A stretch of DNA of 51,551 nucleotides from Candidatus Planktophila sp. (GCA_051006495.1 JBPCTE010000064.1:1-51551), one strand, 5' to 3'; counted from the stretch's first letter, positions 37,775 to 48,018 are shown. Made by a program: numbers and translations. The notes: generated from the sequence alone by a model not told the origin.

Positions 37775-40700
37775 TTAGGCAGTCTCGGATTCGCGAAGAC
37801 GCTGAGAAATAACTTCAGTGACGCCATCTCCGCGCATAGTGACACCATACAAAGCATCAGCAATTTCCATGGTGCGTTTTTGGTGAGTGATGATGATTAA
37901 TTGAGAGCTAGATCGTAACTCTTCCAGTACGCCGAGTAGGCGACCGAGATTTACATCATCTAACGCTGCTTCAACTTCATCTAGAACATAGAACGGACTT
38001 GGTCGTGCTTTGAAAATCGCCACCAACATCGCAACAGCTGTGAGTGATTTTTCTCCACCCGATAAGAGCGAAAGTCTCTTTACGCGCTTTCCGGGTGGAC
38101 GAGCTTCAACATCAACGCCAGTTGAAAGCAAGTCATCTGGGTTAGTCAGAATTAGACGACCATCTCCTCCTGGGAACAATCGAGCAAAAATCTCTTCAAA
38201 GTGCTTGGCTGTTTCTTCATAGGCTTCCATAAATATTTGTTGAACACGATCATCAACTTCTTTGACTATGTCCAGTAAGTCTTTCTTTGTGTTCTTTAAA
38301 TCTTCAAGTTGCTCGGCAAGGAATTTAAGGCGCTCTTCGAGAGCGTCATACTCTTCAAGAGCAAGAGGGTTAATTTTTCCAAGAAGTGTCAGCGAACGTT
38401 CGGTTGCTGCCAAGCGCTTTTCTTGTTGATCACGACGATATGGAATTAACTCTGTTGTGACGATCTCGCCAGCTTCATTTTCAAGGAATGTAGGGACATC
38501 ATTCTGCGGACCATATTCATTCACCAAAGTATTTGTATCAATACCTAATTCTTCAACGGCTTTGAGTTCGAGAGCTTCGATGCGCATACGATGTTCCGCA
38601 CGTGCAATCTCATCTCGGTGAACACTGTTTGTTAGCTGTTCCAATTCAGTAGCGAGTTCCCGACCACGTGCACGAATCGTCAAAGTTTCACCTTCGCGCT
38701 GCGCACGTGCATCTTCAAGACGAGCACGCTCTGTTGCCGCCTTAGCAATCGAGCGTTCAATATGAATCAAAACTTCGTATGCAGCTTCTGCAACTGATTG
38801 GGAAATAACGGCGCCTCGAGCACGTGCGCCACGTCGAGAAACTGCGCGTTCGGAGGCATCTCGTTCTGCTTGCGCCGCATCTTCTAGCGCCTTAGCTCGC
38901 GCTGCAAGTGAATCAACTCTCTCTTCACTCGTGCGAACCGCAAGGCGAGCCTCCACTTCCGTGCTTCGTGCTACAGATACTTGTGCACGGAAAACCTCAA
39001 CTTGTGCGTGATCAGGCTCCGGTGTTTCTCCCTGCATTGAAAGTTGGTTTGAAGCGATATTTAACTCATTTTCATCACGTGATTTCGCTGCAGTTGCCTC
39101 AGCAATAGATACATCCAAACGTTCAACTTCTGCTGTGGCAGATTTCGCGTTTTGTCCGGCAACGGCAAGCTGTTCAGTTAGAGCAGCAATGCGTGCATCG
39201 GATTCGTTAAGTTTTCCAAGAGCTTGGTCGTATTCACTCTGCCGAGTAGAAAGTTCGCTTGTTGCTGTTGAAATTTCAAATCGAATGCGATCTGCTTTAT
39301 GAGTTATTTCTTCTAACTTATTTGTGAGCTCATTCATGAGCGCATTAATTTCAATGAGTGATGAGGTTGATTTTGAGCCACCACGCGCACGTGTTGATGT
39401 AAGGATATCGCCATCTCGTGTAACGACTCGAATATGTGGGTGACTACGTAGGACTTCTGCGGCATCTCGCGCTGAATCAACTACTGCGGTTGCACTAAGT
39501 AGTGAAGTTACAAGTGAAGCGATTTCATTTGATCTAACATAATTTGTAAGAGATGTTAATCCAGATGGAATTGAATCCGATGAACGAGAATTTTCCTCAA
39601 ATACAAGAACATCTGCTTGGCCTAGATTTTCTGAACGCATCGTTGTAAGCGCGCTTATGGCAGAGTTTAAATCTTGAACAACAATTGCATCAGCAAGTGA
39701 GCCAAGTGCAGCTGCGACCGCGCTTTCGTAACCATTTTCAATAGAGATAAGTGAACTAACACTTCCCAATATCTTCACTCCGCGTGAATTTGAAAGCAGT
39801 GCCGATGCACCTTCGTTACTCTTTGAAGTTATTCGCAGCGCCTCTAACTTTGCTTCTACTGCGTTCTTATCTCGATCCGTGCTGCGCTCTGTTTCTACAA
39901 GATCGGCAAGGTTCTTTTTCGCCGTCTCTAAATTTGATTTAGCTGATTCAAATTGAGAATCTAAACCTAATTCACTGGAATCAGCGCTTGCAATTTCTAA
40001 TTCAAATGATGAATATGCGCGCGATGCTTCATCCGCACGTTGCTGTGCATCATTTCGCGATTTTTCCAATCGAGCTATCTCTTCAGCAATGGCTTCTAGC
40101 CGTGCTCGTAAAGACTTAATATGTCCTTCTTGTCGCGCAGTTCCTTCGCGGGAATCCGCAATTGCTCGCATTGCAGCAGCGACTTTGTCTTCTTCGCTCT
40201 TAAGTGAAATTTCCGCCAGTGCTAAAGCATCTGTGGCGCTTGTGAGAGAAAGTTGTGCATTCGCCACTGCAGCGCGAAGTTGTAACTCTTCTTCACGCAA
40301 GGTTTGTGCTTCACGATCCAGTGCTTCTGGATCGCGACCTAAGGTGCGCGCTTCTTCTGCTTCTTCAGCCAAGAATCGTGATCGCTCTTGCGCAAGGGAT
40401 GCCGTTCCTCTAAATCTTTCACGTAATGAATTTAATTGATAATAAGTTTCTTGAGCCTTAACGAGCAATGGGCCGTCAACTGCTGCCTGAAAATCGAGTG
40501 ATTCTTCACGAGAGCGAACTTTGTCTAACTCTGCATCAACAATCGCTCGTCTTTCACGAAGAGCATTTTCATCTGCTACTTCAGCATCGAGAGTTTTTGA
40601 TATCGAAATATAATCATCTGCGAGCAAACGTAACTTTGCATCACGCAGATCAGCCTGAATCGTTGCGGCCTTTTTAGCGACTTCTGCTTGCTTGCCAAGT

Positions 40701-41311
40701 GGTCGAAGTTGTCTGCGTAATTCAACCGTCAAATCTTGGACTCGCGCTAGATTTGCTTGCATCGAATCCAATTTTCTTAGCGCTTTTTCTTTTCTCTTTC
40801 GGTGCTTCAGCACACCTGCTGCTTCTTCAATAAATCCACGTCGTTCTTCAGGGTTAGCCATCAGAATTGCATCGAGTTGACCTTGTCCAACGATCACGTG
40901 CATTTCTCGTCCGATACCTGAATCGCTTAATAACTCTTGTATATCCAGCAAACGAGATGCTTCACCATTAATTTGGTACTCGCTCTGTCCATTTCTAAAG
41001 AGAATGCGCGAAATGGTTACTTCTGAATAATCGATGTTGAGGGCGCCATCAGAGTTATCAATTGTTAATGAAACTTCCGCACGTCCAAGTGGCGCACGTC
41101 CACTGGTGCCAGCGAAGATAACATCTTCCATTTTTCCGCCGCGTAAAGATTTTGCGCCTTGCTCACCCATTACCCATGTGAGCGCATCAACGACATTTGA
41201 TTTACCTGAACCATTTGGTCCGACGACGCACGTGATACCAGGCTCCAGGCGCAAAGTGGTCGCCGAAGCAAAGGACTTAAAGCCCTTGAGCGTGATGCTC
41301 TTTAGATACAC
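37775..41311 (-). CDS. smc: Chromosome segregation protein SMC
   Basis: GFKSF, GPNGSGKSN, coiled coils and hinge, LSGGEKSL and LDEVEAALD. Confidence 0.98.
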   Translation of the reverse strand: MYLKSITLKGFKSFASATTLRLEPGITCVVGPNGSGKSNVVDALTWVMGEQGAKSLRGGKMEDVIFAGTSGRAPLGRAEVSLTIDNSDGALNIDYSEVTISRILFRNGQSEYQINGEASRLLDIQELLSDSGIGREMHVIVGQGQLDAILMANPEERRGFIEEAAGVLKHRKRKEKALRKLDSMQANLARVQDLTVELRRQLRPLGKQAEVAKKAATIQADLRDAKLRLLADDYISISKTLDAEVADENALRERRAIVDAELDKVRSREESLDFQAAVDGPLLVKAQETYYQLNSLRERFRGTASLAQERSRFLAEEAEEARTLGRDPEALDREAQTLREEELQLRAAVANAQLSLTSATDALALAEISLKSEEDKVAAAMRAIADSREGTARQEGHIKSLRARLEAIAEEIARLEKSRNDAQQRADEASRAYSSFELEIASADSSELGLDSQFESAKSNLETAKKNLADLVETERSTDRDKNAVEAKLEALRITSKSNEGASALLSNSRGVKILGSVSSLISIENGYESAVAAALGSLADAIVVQDLNSAISALTTMRSENLGQADVLVFEENSRSSDSIPSGLTSLTNYVRSNEIASLVTSLLSATAVVDSARDAAEVLRSHPHIRVVTRDGDILTSTRARGGSKSTSSLIEINALMNELTNKLEEITHKADRIRFEISTATSELSTRQSEYDQALGKLNESDARIAALTEQLAVAGQNAKSATAEVERLDVSIAEATAAKSRDENELNIASNQLSMQGETPEPDHAQVEVFRAQVSVARSTEVEARLAVRTSEERVDSLAARAKALEDAAQAERDASERAVSRRGARARGAVISQSVAEAAYEVLIHIERSIAKAATERARLEDARAQREGETLTIRARGRELATELEQLTNSVHRDEIARAEHRMRIEALELKAVEELGIDTNTLVNEYGPQNDVPTFLENEAGEIVTTELIPYRRDQQEKRLAATERSLTLLGKINPLALEEYDALEERLKFLAEQLEDLKNTKKDLLDIVKEVDDRVQQIFMEAYEETAKHFEEIFARLFPGGDGRLILTNPDDLLSTGVDVEARPPGKRVKRLSLLSGGEKSLTAVAMLVAIFKARPSPFYVLDEVEAALDDVNLGRLLGVLEELRSSSQLIIITHQKRTMEIADALYGVTMRGDGVTEVISQRLRESETA

Positions 41312-41378
41312 GCGGTAAACCTACCTTGCGAGCCTATTAATTAGCGAAGTAACACGGCGGCCCGAGAAGTATCTAGAT

Positions 41379-42071
41379 CTAGTTACCTTCATCCACAACT
41401 TGAGGTTTCAATATCTCATAGGCGCTTCTAGCAGCAACTTGCTCGGCTTCTCTCTTGCTCTTACCGCTTCCACTTGCAATACAGGTACCGGCCACCATTG
41501 CATCGGCGCTAAAACTCTTGTCGTGATCAGGTCCTGTTTCGGTAACTATGTATTCAGGTGCGCCTTTGCCGAGTTGCGCGGTTAACTCTTGGAGCGCTGT
41601 TTTGCCATCCAAACCTGCTCCGCGAGCCATCGCCTGAGTCAGGGTTGCATCAATTAATTTTCGAACAACGAGAGCGCTGGTGGCGAAACCTGCATGAAGA
41701 TATATGGCGCCAATTAATGCTTCTAGAGCATCTGCGAGTAATGAATTCTTATCGCGTCCACCTGTAACTTCTTCGCCTTTTCCAAGTCGAATGTACTTTC
41801 CAAGATTTAACTCGCGAGCGATGTCTGCGAGCGCTCTCATATTTACAACACCTGAACGAAGAGGCGAGAGTCTGCTCTCATCTAATTCAGGAAAGCGAAG
41901 GTAGAGCTCCTCCGTGACTACTAAACCAAGAACGGAGTCACCTAAAAATTCTAGACGTTCATTGGTTTCTTTAGCGCCAGATTCATATGCAAAAGAACGA
42001 TGAGTAAATGCTAAGGCTAAAAGATTTGGATCAACCTCAACACCTAAGTGTTGTGTTAATTCAGAGTACAG
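41379..42071 (-). CDS. rnc: Ribonuclease III (230 aa, apparent CTG start)
   Basis: The frame stays open 77 codons upstream of the track's ATG 41840 and encodes LAFTHRSFAYE...NERLEFLGDSVLG. The C-terminal dsRBD is present (KTALQE, GPDHDK.F, GKSKREAEQ). Confidence 0.93.
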   Translation of the reverse strand: MYSELTQHLGVEVDPNLLALAFTHRSFAYESGAKETNERLEFLGDSVLGLVVTEELYLRFPELDESRLSPLRSGVVNMRALADIARELNLGKYIRLGKGEEVTGGRDKNSLLADALEALIGAIYLHAGFATSALVVRKLIDATLTQAMARGAGLDGKTALQELTAQLGKGAPEYIVTETGPDHDKSFSADAMVAGTCIASGSGKSKREAEQVAARSAYEILKPQVVDEGN

Positions 42072-42072
42072 A

Positions 42073-42246
42073 TCAGACCTCGATAACCTGACGGCGGTTG
42101 TATGTTCCGCACGTTGGACATGCAGTGTGTTGCAATTTTGGTTGCTGACATTGTGGGCACGCCGCTAGCGCTGCCGCAGTTGTTTTCCATTGACTACGAC
42201 GAGAACGAGTCTTTGAGCGAGACATCTTTCGCTTTGGTACTGGCAC
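42073..42246 (-). CDS. rpmF: 50S ribosomal protein L32 (57 aa, Zn-ribbon; not in the ORF track)
   Basis: Manual translation MPVPKRKMSRSKTRSRRSQWKTTAAALAACPQCQQPKLQHTACPTCGTYNRRQVIEV; SD AAGGA precedes the GTG. Confidence 0.96.
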   Translation of the reverse strand: MPVPKRKMSRSKTRSRRSQWKTTAAALAACPQCQQPKLQHTACPTCGTYNRRQVIEV

Positions 42247-42367
42247 GGTGGCGTCCTTAATCTCTTATTAAATCTCATCTGAGATACCGCTCTCACTTGG
42301 AGTGCGGATACGGCTCAAAGTATCCCCTAAAAGGTCGAATTCTTAAAATCGACTGAGTGTGTACCAG

Positions 42368-42958
42368 CTACTCACCCTTGTCAGCCTCGAGAGAGCCAAG
42401 GGCTGCCCAGCGAGGGTCAATCTTCTCGTGGGCATGCCCTTCTGGCAGATCTGACCATTTTTCGCCGCACTGCTGACAGAGTCCTAAACAATCTTCCGAA
42501 CAGAGTGGATTCACGGGAAGCGCTAAAACAATCGCGTCACGCAATGGAGTTTCCAGGTCAATGTAATCACCTTGCATGAGCAATTCATCATCTACATCTA
42601 AATCATCAATTGCTTCTTCGCTCGGACGGCGCTTCTTTGAGCCTTTCGAGCCCTTTTCGTGATGCACTTCGTAGCGATACAACTCTTGAAAACTTCTATC
42701 GATATCAATAGCTATTGGATCAAGACAGCGAATGCACTCTCCCATTGCAGTTGCAAATACATCAGCAGTTGCGAGAACGCCCTCAGTGACGGACTCGAGA
42801 CGCAAATCAACCTCTATGACTTCACCAGCGGGAACACTAATTAATTCGACTCCAAATGCTTCGGTAAGATCGAAATCAATTGAATACTCCTTCATCTCCC
42901 CAGCGCGTCGCGGAAGTTCGTGAGTATTTACGCGAAAAGGTGAGAGTTCACGAGTCAT
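42368..42958 (-). CDS. yceD: YceD/DUF177 family protein
   Basis: LRLESVTEGVL, GECIRCL and PLCSEDCLGLCQQCG...DPRWAAL; lies upstream of rpmF. Confidence 0.92.
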   Translation of the reverse strand: MTRELSPFRVNTHELPRRAGEMKEYSIDFDLTEAFGVELISVPAGEVIEVDLRLESVTEGVLATADVFATAMGECIRCLDPIAIDIDRSFQELYRYEVHHEKGSKGSKKRRPSEEAIDDLDVDDELLMQGDYIDLETPLRDAIVLALPVNPLCSEDCLGLCQQCGEKWSDLPEGHAHEKIDPRWAALGSLEADKGE

Positions 42959-42970
42959 GCGAATAGAGCT

Positions 42971-43453
42971 TTACTTATCGTTAGCGAGCTGAGACAACAC
43001 ATCTTTATCGCCTGCGCCAGCAAGTCGTTCACGACCACGCGCAACAGCATCAGATGTCTTATTCAGAATTACTTCTAAAGTAGCAAGACGTGAATCTATA
43101 TATTTCTCAACTTCTTCACGCTCTGAATCAGCCTCTAGATGCGCATCATCTAAAATATGCTGTGCTTCTTCGCGTGCAGCAGAAACAATCGCAGTCTGCT
43201 CGATCATTCGCGAAACCTCTTCGCGTGCACTAGCGATAAGGGTTTCAGCACTCAGGCGACCTTCTTCAATCAAGGCGTCTCTAGATGCAAGAATTTTTCT
43301 CGCGGCTTCCAAATCATTAGGTAACGCAGCACGTGCGCCATCTAAAACTTCCAAAATTTCGCCGCGATGGAGAACGCATGATGCTGACAACGGAACTCCA
43401 CGCGCTTCTTCAACCATTGAAATGGCAGTGGTTAATTTCTCAATCGAATCCAT
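42971..43453 (-). CDS. SepIVA-like coiled-coil protein (Rv2927c-like)
   Basis: VEEARGVPLSASC...R.E.L and Y.DSRLA..E..L; located between coaD and yceD. Confidence 0.8.
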   Translation of the reverse strand: MDSIEKLTTAISMVEEARGVPLSASCVLHRGEILEVLDGARAALPNDLEAARKILASRDALIEEGRLSAETLIASAREEVSRMIEQTAIVSAAREEAQHILDDAHLEADSEREEVEKYIDSRLATLEVILNKTSDAVARGRERLAGAGDKDVLSQLANDK

Positions 43454-43456
43454 GGA

Positions 43457-43936
43457 TCACTTCCCTGCTACTCGACGTTTTAGTGCTTCGTTAATACTTG
43501 GTGGAACCATAGAGGAAACATCTCCACCGTAATGAGCCAATTCTTTCACAAGCGAGGATGATAAGAAGGAGTGAGTTGGAGAAGTCGCCATAAACATGGT
43601 TTCTACACCTGAGCCTTGCAGATTGACTTGCGCCATCTGTAATTCATAATCAAAATCAGATACTGCTCGAAGACCTTTAACAATTGATTGCACTGAGTTT
43701 GACTTACAGTAATCAACGAGCAAACCGCTCCATGAATCCACGCGCACATTTGAAAACTTCTTAGTTACTTCAGAAATCATGGAAATTCGCTCTTCAACTG
43801 TAAACAAACTCGACTTAGTTCGATTCTCAAGCACGGCAACAATAACCTCATCGAAATGGCGACTCGCACGTTCAATGATGTCTAAATGTCCATATGTGAT
43901 GGGATCAAAAGATCCGGGACAAACTGCGCGTTTCAT
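43457..43936 (-). CDS. coaD: Pantetheine-phosphate adenylyltransferase
   Basis: PGSFDPITYGHLDII, KGLRAVSDFDYE and SSSLVKE. Confidence 0.97.
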   Translation of the reverse strand: MKRAVCPGSFDPITYGHLDIIERASRHFDEVIVAVLENRTKSSLFTVEERISMISEVTKKFSNVRVDSWSGLLVDYCKSNSVQSIVKGLRAVSDFDYELQMAQVNLQGSGVETMFMATSPTHSFLSSSLVKELAHYGGDVSSMVPPSINEALKRRVAGK

Positions 43937-43965
43937 AGGTCAAACGCTAGCAACGATTTCTGTGC

Positions 43966-44541
43966 TTATCCATTCTTCGCATGGTTGGCGTAATAAATGC
44001 TCGCTTGCCCATATACCTTTGTGCGAGAAGGCTCATATCCCTCTGGCCATTCTGGTTGTGTGGATTTTGTTGCCCGCTCAATTGCAATAATTGCGCCATC
44101 TTTGAAGAAATTATTGCTGTGCAAGTTTTCTAAAATTTTTGTTAAATCTGAATCAGCAAAATCATAAGGTGGGTCAACATAAACGAAGTGGTATTGATTT
44201 TGTGCTTCTCCTTCTACAAATTTTTGAACTGCCATATGAAACAGATGAAAAACACCAACTGGTTGAGCTTTCTGAACTAGTGAAGCATTAGTCGAAATTG
44301 TTTTTGCAGCTCCATCATCTTTTTCAACGCAATGCACAAGAGAGGCGCCACGCGACAGAGCCTCCAGAGCCATCGCTCCTGAACCCGCAAATAAATCTAA
44401 AATTTGTAATCCAAGAAAGTCACCGAATTCAGAAGTAAGCGTCGAATAAATTGCTTCACGGGCACGATCGGAGGTTGGCCTAGTTGCACCGGCAACGCTA
44501 GATAAAGAACGCCCTTTAGCTACGCCCGCAATAATTCTCAT
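43966..44541 (-). CDS. rsmD: 16S rRNA (guanine966-N2)-methyltransferase
   Basis: MRIIAG, TRPTSDRARE, LDLFAGSGA..LEALSRGA and DPPY. Confidence 0.95.
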   Translation of the reverse strand: MRIIAGVAKGRSLSSVAGATRPTSDRAREAIYSTLTSEFGDFLGLQILDLFAGSGAMALEALSRGASLVHCVEKDDGAAKTISTNASLVQKAQPVGVFHLFHMAVQKFVEGEAQNQYHFVYVDPPYDFADSDLTKILENLHSNNFFKDGAIIAIERATKSTQPEWPEGYEPSRTKVYGQASIYYANHAKNG

Positions 44542-44545
44542 TGCA

Positions 44546-46717
44546 TCAACCCTTATCTATAAAGTCAGTAGCGGAATCTGTTTCGAGGAACTTTATTTCA
44601 TTATTTAGTGATTCAAATCCATTGAGATTCGGATCCTTCTCGATCAGGTGTTCTGCACTTGCACGTGCACTTTCAATAAGTTCTTCATCGCGCAATACTC
44701 GTAGCAATCTTAGATGTGAGCGAGAACCAGATTGGCTTGCACCCAAAACATCACCTTCTCTGCGTTGTTCAAGATCGATTTTTGATAATTCGAAGCCATC
44801 GAGAGTCGAAGCCACGGCATCAAGACGTGTGCGTGCTGGCGTTTGGGGCATTGCATTGGTAACCAACAAACAGAGTCCAGGTGAAGTGCCGCGACCGATA
44901 CGTCCTCGAAGTTGATGCAACTGTGAAACACCGAATCGGTCCGCATCCATAATTACCATTACGGTTGCATTTGCAACATCCACGCCCACTTCAATCACAG
45001 TAGTTGAAATGAGTACATCTATTTCTCCAGAAGAAAATGCCGACATAGTTGATTCTTTGACTTCGGTTGAAAGGCGACCGTGCAATGGAGCAACACGCAA
45101 ACCAGAAAATGGACCACTGTGCAGCATTGGCCCAAGCTCTTCGACACTAGCTATCGACTGCGACTCTGTTCCAAAGAGAAAATCCATATCTGCATCTTCA
45201 TTGTTGGTGGCACTAATTCGCGGGGCTACGACATACGCTTGATGCCCCGTCGCAACTTCTTCGGCAATTCTTTGCCATGCTCGCTCTAAGTGCGCAGGTT
45301 TTTCTACAGCAGCAATAACGTGAGTAGTTATCGGCTGTCTTCCTAATGGAAGTTCTCGAAGGGTTGAAACATCTAAGTCACCAAAAACAGTCATAGCAAC
45401 CGTTCGCGGAATTGGTGTTGCAGTCATAACTAATAAGTGCGCAGGCGTATGTGCTTTACTCTTCAATGCATCTCGTTGCTCAACTCCAAATCTATGTTGT
45501 TCATCAACAACGATTAAACCTAAGTCGTTAAAAACAATGGATTCGCCCAATAATGCATGTGTTCCTATGACAATTCCTGCCGCGCCACTTGCTGCAAGTG
45601 CAAGTGCCTCTTTTCGAGCAGCAGCACTCTGGGATCCGGTGATTAGCGTTACCTGAGTAGCTTTTTCGTCGCCACCTAACATTCCACCTTGAGCTAAAGG
45701 ACCTAATAATTTTGTAAATGTTCGCAGATGTTGAGCAGCTAAGACTTCGGTGGGTGCGAGGAGCGCGGCTTGTCCGCCGTTATCAATAACTCTCAGCATC
45801 GCCCGCAACGCAACAATTGTTTTGCCAGAACCGACCTCACCTTGAATCAGCCGATGCATTGGATGCGATTGGCTCAAATCAGATTCAATTTCGGAGCAAA
45901 CTTCCTTCTGTCCTGTAGTTAATTCAAATGGGAGTAAATCATCGAATGCATCAAGTATTCCCCCGGTAATTCGCGGCCGTGCAATTGCATCGAGAGATCT
46001 AAGGGCGGCTTTTCTCTTGGCCAGAAGTAGCTGCAATAAAAAAGCTTCATCAAAAGTTAGACGCTCTCGAGCAAGTTCAGCTTGTTCTAAATCAGCAGGT
46101 TTATGTAACTGCACTAGAGCTTGGTGAAGCGTGGGATAGCCGTGCGATTCGCGTATTTCATCCGGCAGGAAATCCGGCACGTCATCCAAACCTTGAATTG
46201 CCAAATCAATGCACTGTGCAATCTTCCACGACGGCATCTTTGATGCAGCCGGATATACAGCTAAGAACTTTCCTGCAAAATCATCTACGGCGCTATCAAC
46301 GTCACTTCCTTCAGGAATTAATTCATAATCTGGATGTGCCAATTGGCGCTTACCTTTAAAAACTCCAACTTTTCCCGCAAATAATCCTTGTCGACCAACT
46401 TTTAACTCTTTTTCGCGCCATGCTTGATTAAAGAAAGTGAGTGAGAGTTTTGCATTGCCATCGGTCACTATCACCTCGAAAATACTTCCTTTGCGGCCAT
46501 GCAGAGGACGATTGGAAGCACTAAAAACTTCAGCAAGAATTGTGACTTCATCACCTTCCTGCAAAGTAGAGATATCTGTGAGCTCTCCACGGACCGCATA
46601 GCGCCGTGGATAGTGACGCAATAAATCACCGACGGTTTTAATTCCAAAAGTAGTCTCTAAGACTTTTGATGTGCGATCCCCAAGAACGCTGCTAACTTTG
46701 CTATCAAGGGACGCCAT
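44546..46717 (-). CDS. recG: ATP-dependent DNA helicase RecG
   Basis: QGEVGSGKT, APTEVLA.QH, DEQHRFGV.QR, MTATPIPRT, STTVIEVGVD and QLHQLRGRIGRG. Start is ATG 46717 or GTG 46732. Confidence 0.96.
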   Translation of the reverse strand: MASLDSKVSSVLGDRTSKVLETTFGIKTVGDLLRHYPRRYAVRGELTDISTLQEGDEVTILAEVFSASNRPLHGRKGSIFEVIVTDGNAKLSLTFFNQAWREKELKVGRQGLFAGKVGVFKGKRQLAHPDYELIPEGSDVDSAVDDFAGKFLAVYPAASKMPSWKIAQCIDLAIQGLDDVPDFLPDEIRESHGYPTLHQALVQLHKPADLEQAELARERLTFDEAFLLQLLLAKRKAALRSLDAIARPRITGGILDAFDDLLPFELTTGQKEVCSEIESDLSQSHPMHRLIQGEVGSGKTIVALRAMLRVIDNGGQAALLAPTEVLAAQHLRTFTKLLGPLAQGGMLGGDEKATQVTLITGSQSAAARKEALALAASGAAGIVIGTHALLGESIVFNDLGLIVVDEQHRFGVEQRDALKSKAHTPAHLLVMTATPIPRTVAMTVFGDLDVSTLRELPLGRQPITTHVIAAVEKPAHLERAWQRIAEEVATGHQAYVVAPRISATNNEDADMDFLFGTESQSIASVEELGPMLHSGPFSGLRVAPLHGRLSTEVKESTMSAFSSGEIDVLISTTVIEVGVDVANATVMVIMDADRFGVSQLHQLRGRIGRGTSPGLCLLVTNAMPQTPARTRLDAVASTLDGFELSKIDLEQRREGDVLGASQSGSRSHLRLLRVLRDEELIESARASAEHLIEKDPNLNGFESLNNEIKFLETDSATDFIDKG

Positions 46718-46820
46718 AGCGACATTCTCCACTGTTCGAGCTAATTGAGCGTGGATTGGCGTCTAGCCATGGGCTCGCGCTAATCTTGCGCCCTGTAAAT
46801 ACGTATGAAGGAGTTCAGCA

Positions 46821-47006
46821 ATGGCTGCAACATGTGACGTCTGTAAAAAGGGTCCAAGCTTTGGTAATAACGTTTCTCACTCACAGGTGAAAACTCGTCG
46901 TCGCTGGAATCCAAACATTCAACGTGTTCGTACCCTTGTTGGTGGCACACCTAAGCGTCAAAACGTCTGTACTTCATGCCTCAAGGCTGGAAAAGTTACT
47001 CGCTAA
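46821..47006 (+). CDS. rpmB: 50S ribosomal protein L28 (Zn-binding form)
   Basis: [14 protein letters not shown]...[10 protein letters not shown]...VCTSCLK; SD AAGGAG. Confidence 0.97.
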   Translation: MAATCDVCKKGPSFGNNVSHSQVKTRRRWNPNIQRVRTLVGGTPKRQNVCTSCLKAGKVTR

Positions 47007-47017
47007 ATTAAATTTTA

Positions 47018-47944
47018 TTACTTGAAATGGCGCCAGGATTCTGGCGCTTTTTTCATTTCTGAGAATTCAACTCCGCTTCCTTCGCCAACAACTCCTATAC
47101 AAATTCCTGGCAAATTAACTCCTGTTGCTAAGAGCACATGATCTTCACCGCCTCCAGCGATGAGATCCCAAACATCGCAATCAATAGAATGCGCCACTGC
47201 TGCTAAATCTGCAAAACCTTCACTTTGCTCAATTTTTCTGGAGTCAATGCAGAGCTTTACGCCAGATGCTTTGCTGATCTGTTCGGCTTGAATAATCAAG
47301 GAATCACTAATGTCGCATAACGCATGCGAACTTTTAAAACTTCGCATGAGAATTGGGTTTAACACCGGTGATTTAAACTGAGTTATTGCAGGGGAATGCA
47401 AAGGCAAATGGGGAAAATTTTTGGCGAGAATTTCATATCCAGCTCGTGACCATCCAGGTAGGGCAGAGAGATAAATAGAATCTCCCACACGAGCTCCGGA
47501 TCGAGTGATGTGAAGTCTAGAAGAACCGACTGCTGTCATCGAAATCATGATTTTCACGCCTCGAGATAAATCTCCGCCAACTACAACTGAATCTGAAGCA
47601 GCTGCGGTATCGGCAATACCTTGCGCTAATTCTTTTATCCAATCAATATCTTCATTGCCTGTAAGAGTTAAAGCTACGACGAGATAAGAAGGATCGGCGC
47701 CCATTGCATATATATCGGCAAGATTTGCAACGGTAATTTTCGAACCAATTTCATACGCGCTTGACCATTCGCGTTTGAAATGCACATCTTCCACGGCCAT
47801 ATCGGTCGTAATCACAGAATGCTTTTCAGTTGCAATAACAGCTGCATCATCGCCAATTCCAACAATTACACGTGGATTTTTTTGATTGCGAGGCGAAAAT
47901 ACCGAGGAGATCAGAGAAAGAACCTGTTCCTCATTAAAATTCAT
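47018..47944 (-). CDS. thiL: Thiamine-monophosphate kinase
   Basis: GIGDDAAV, TDM.VE.VHF, NLADIYAMGA, VGGD, DISD.L and GGEDH.LL. Confidence 0.93.
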   Translation of the reverse strand: MNFNEEQVLSLISSVFSPRNQKNPRVIVGIGDDAAVIATEKHSVITTDMAVEDVHFKREWSSAYEIGSKITVANLADIYAMGADPSYLVVALTLTGNEDIDWIKELAQGIADTAAASDSVVVGGDLSRGVKIMISMTAVGSSRLHITRSGARVGDSIYLSALPGWSRAGYEILAKNFPHLPLHSPAITQFKSPVLNPILMRSFKSSHALCDISDSLIIQAEQISKASGVKLCIDSRKIEQSEGFADLAAVAHSIDCDVWDLIAGGGEDHVLLATGVNLPGICIGVVGEGSGVEFSEMKKAPESWRHFK

Positions 47945-48018
47945 GCCTTAAGAATACTCATTGCCGCATAGAGTCCTGATGCGATAAGTTGACCCCTCAA
48001 TAGCAAAAGGAGTCGACC

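Noticed and set aside
41379-41840. rnc as a truncated gene or pseudogene
   Set aside because: The reading frame is intact upstream with all catalytic motifs; only a canonical start codon is missing.
46733-46740. TCGAAC half-site upstream of recG as a LexA box
   Set aside because: The second half-site GTTCGA is absent at the N4 spacing.
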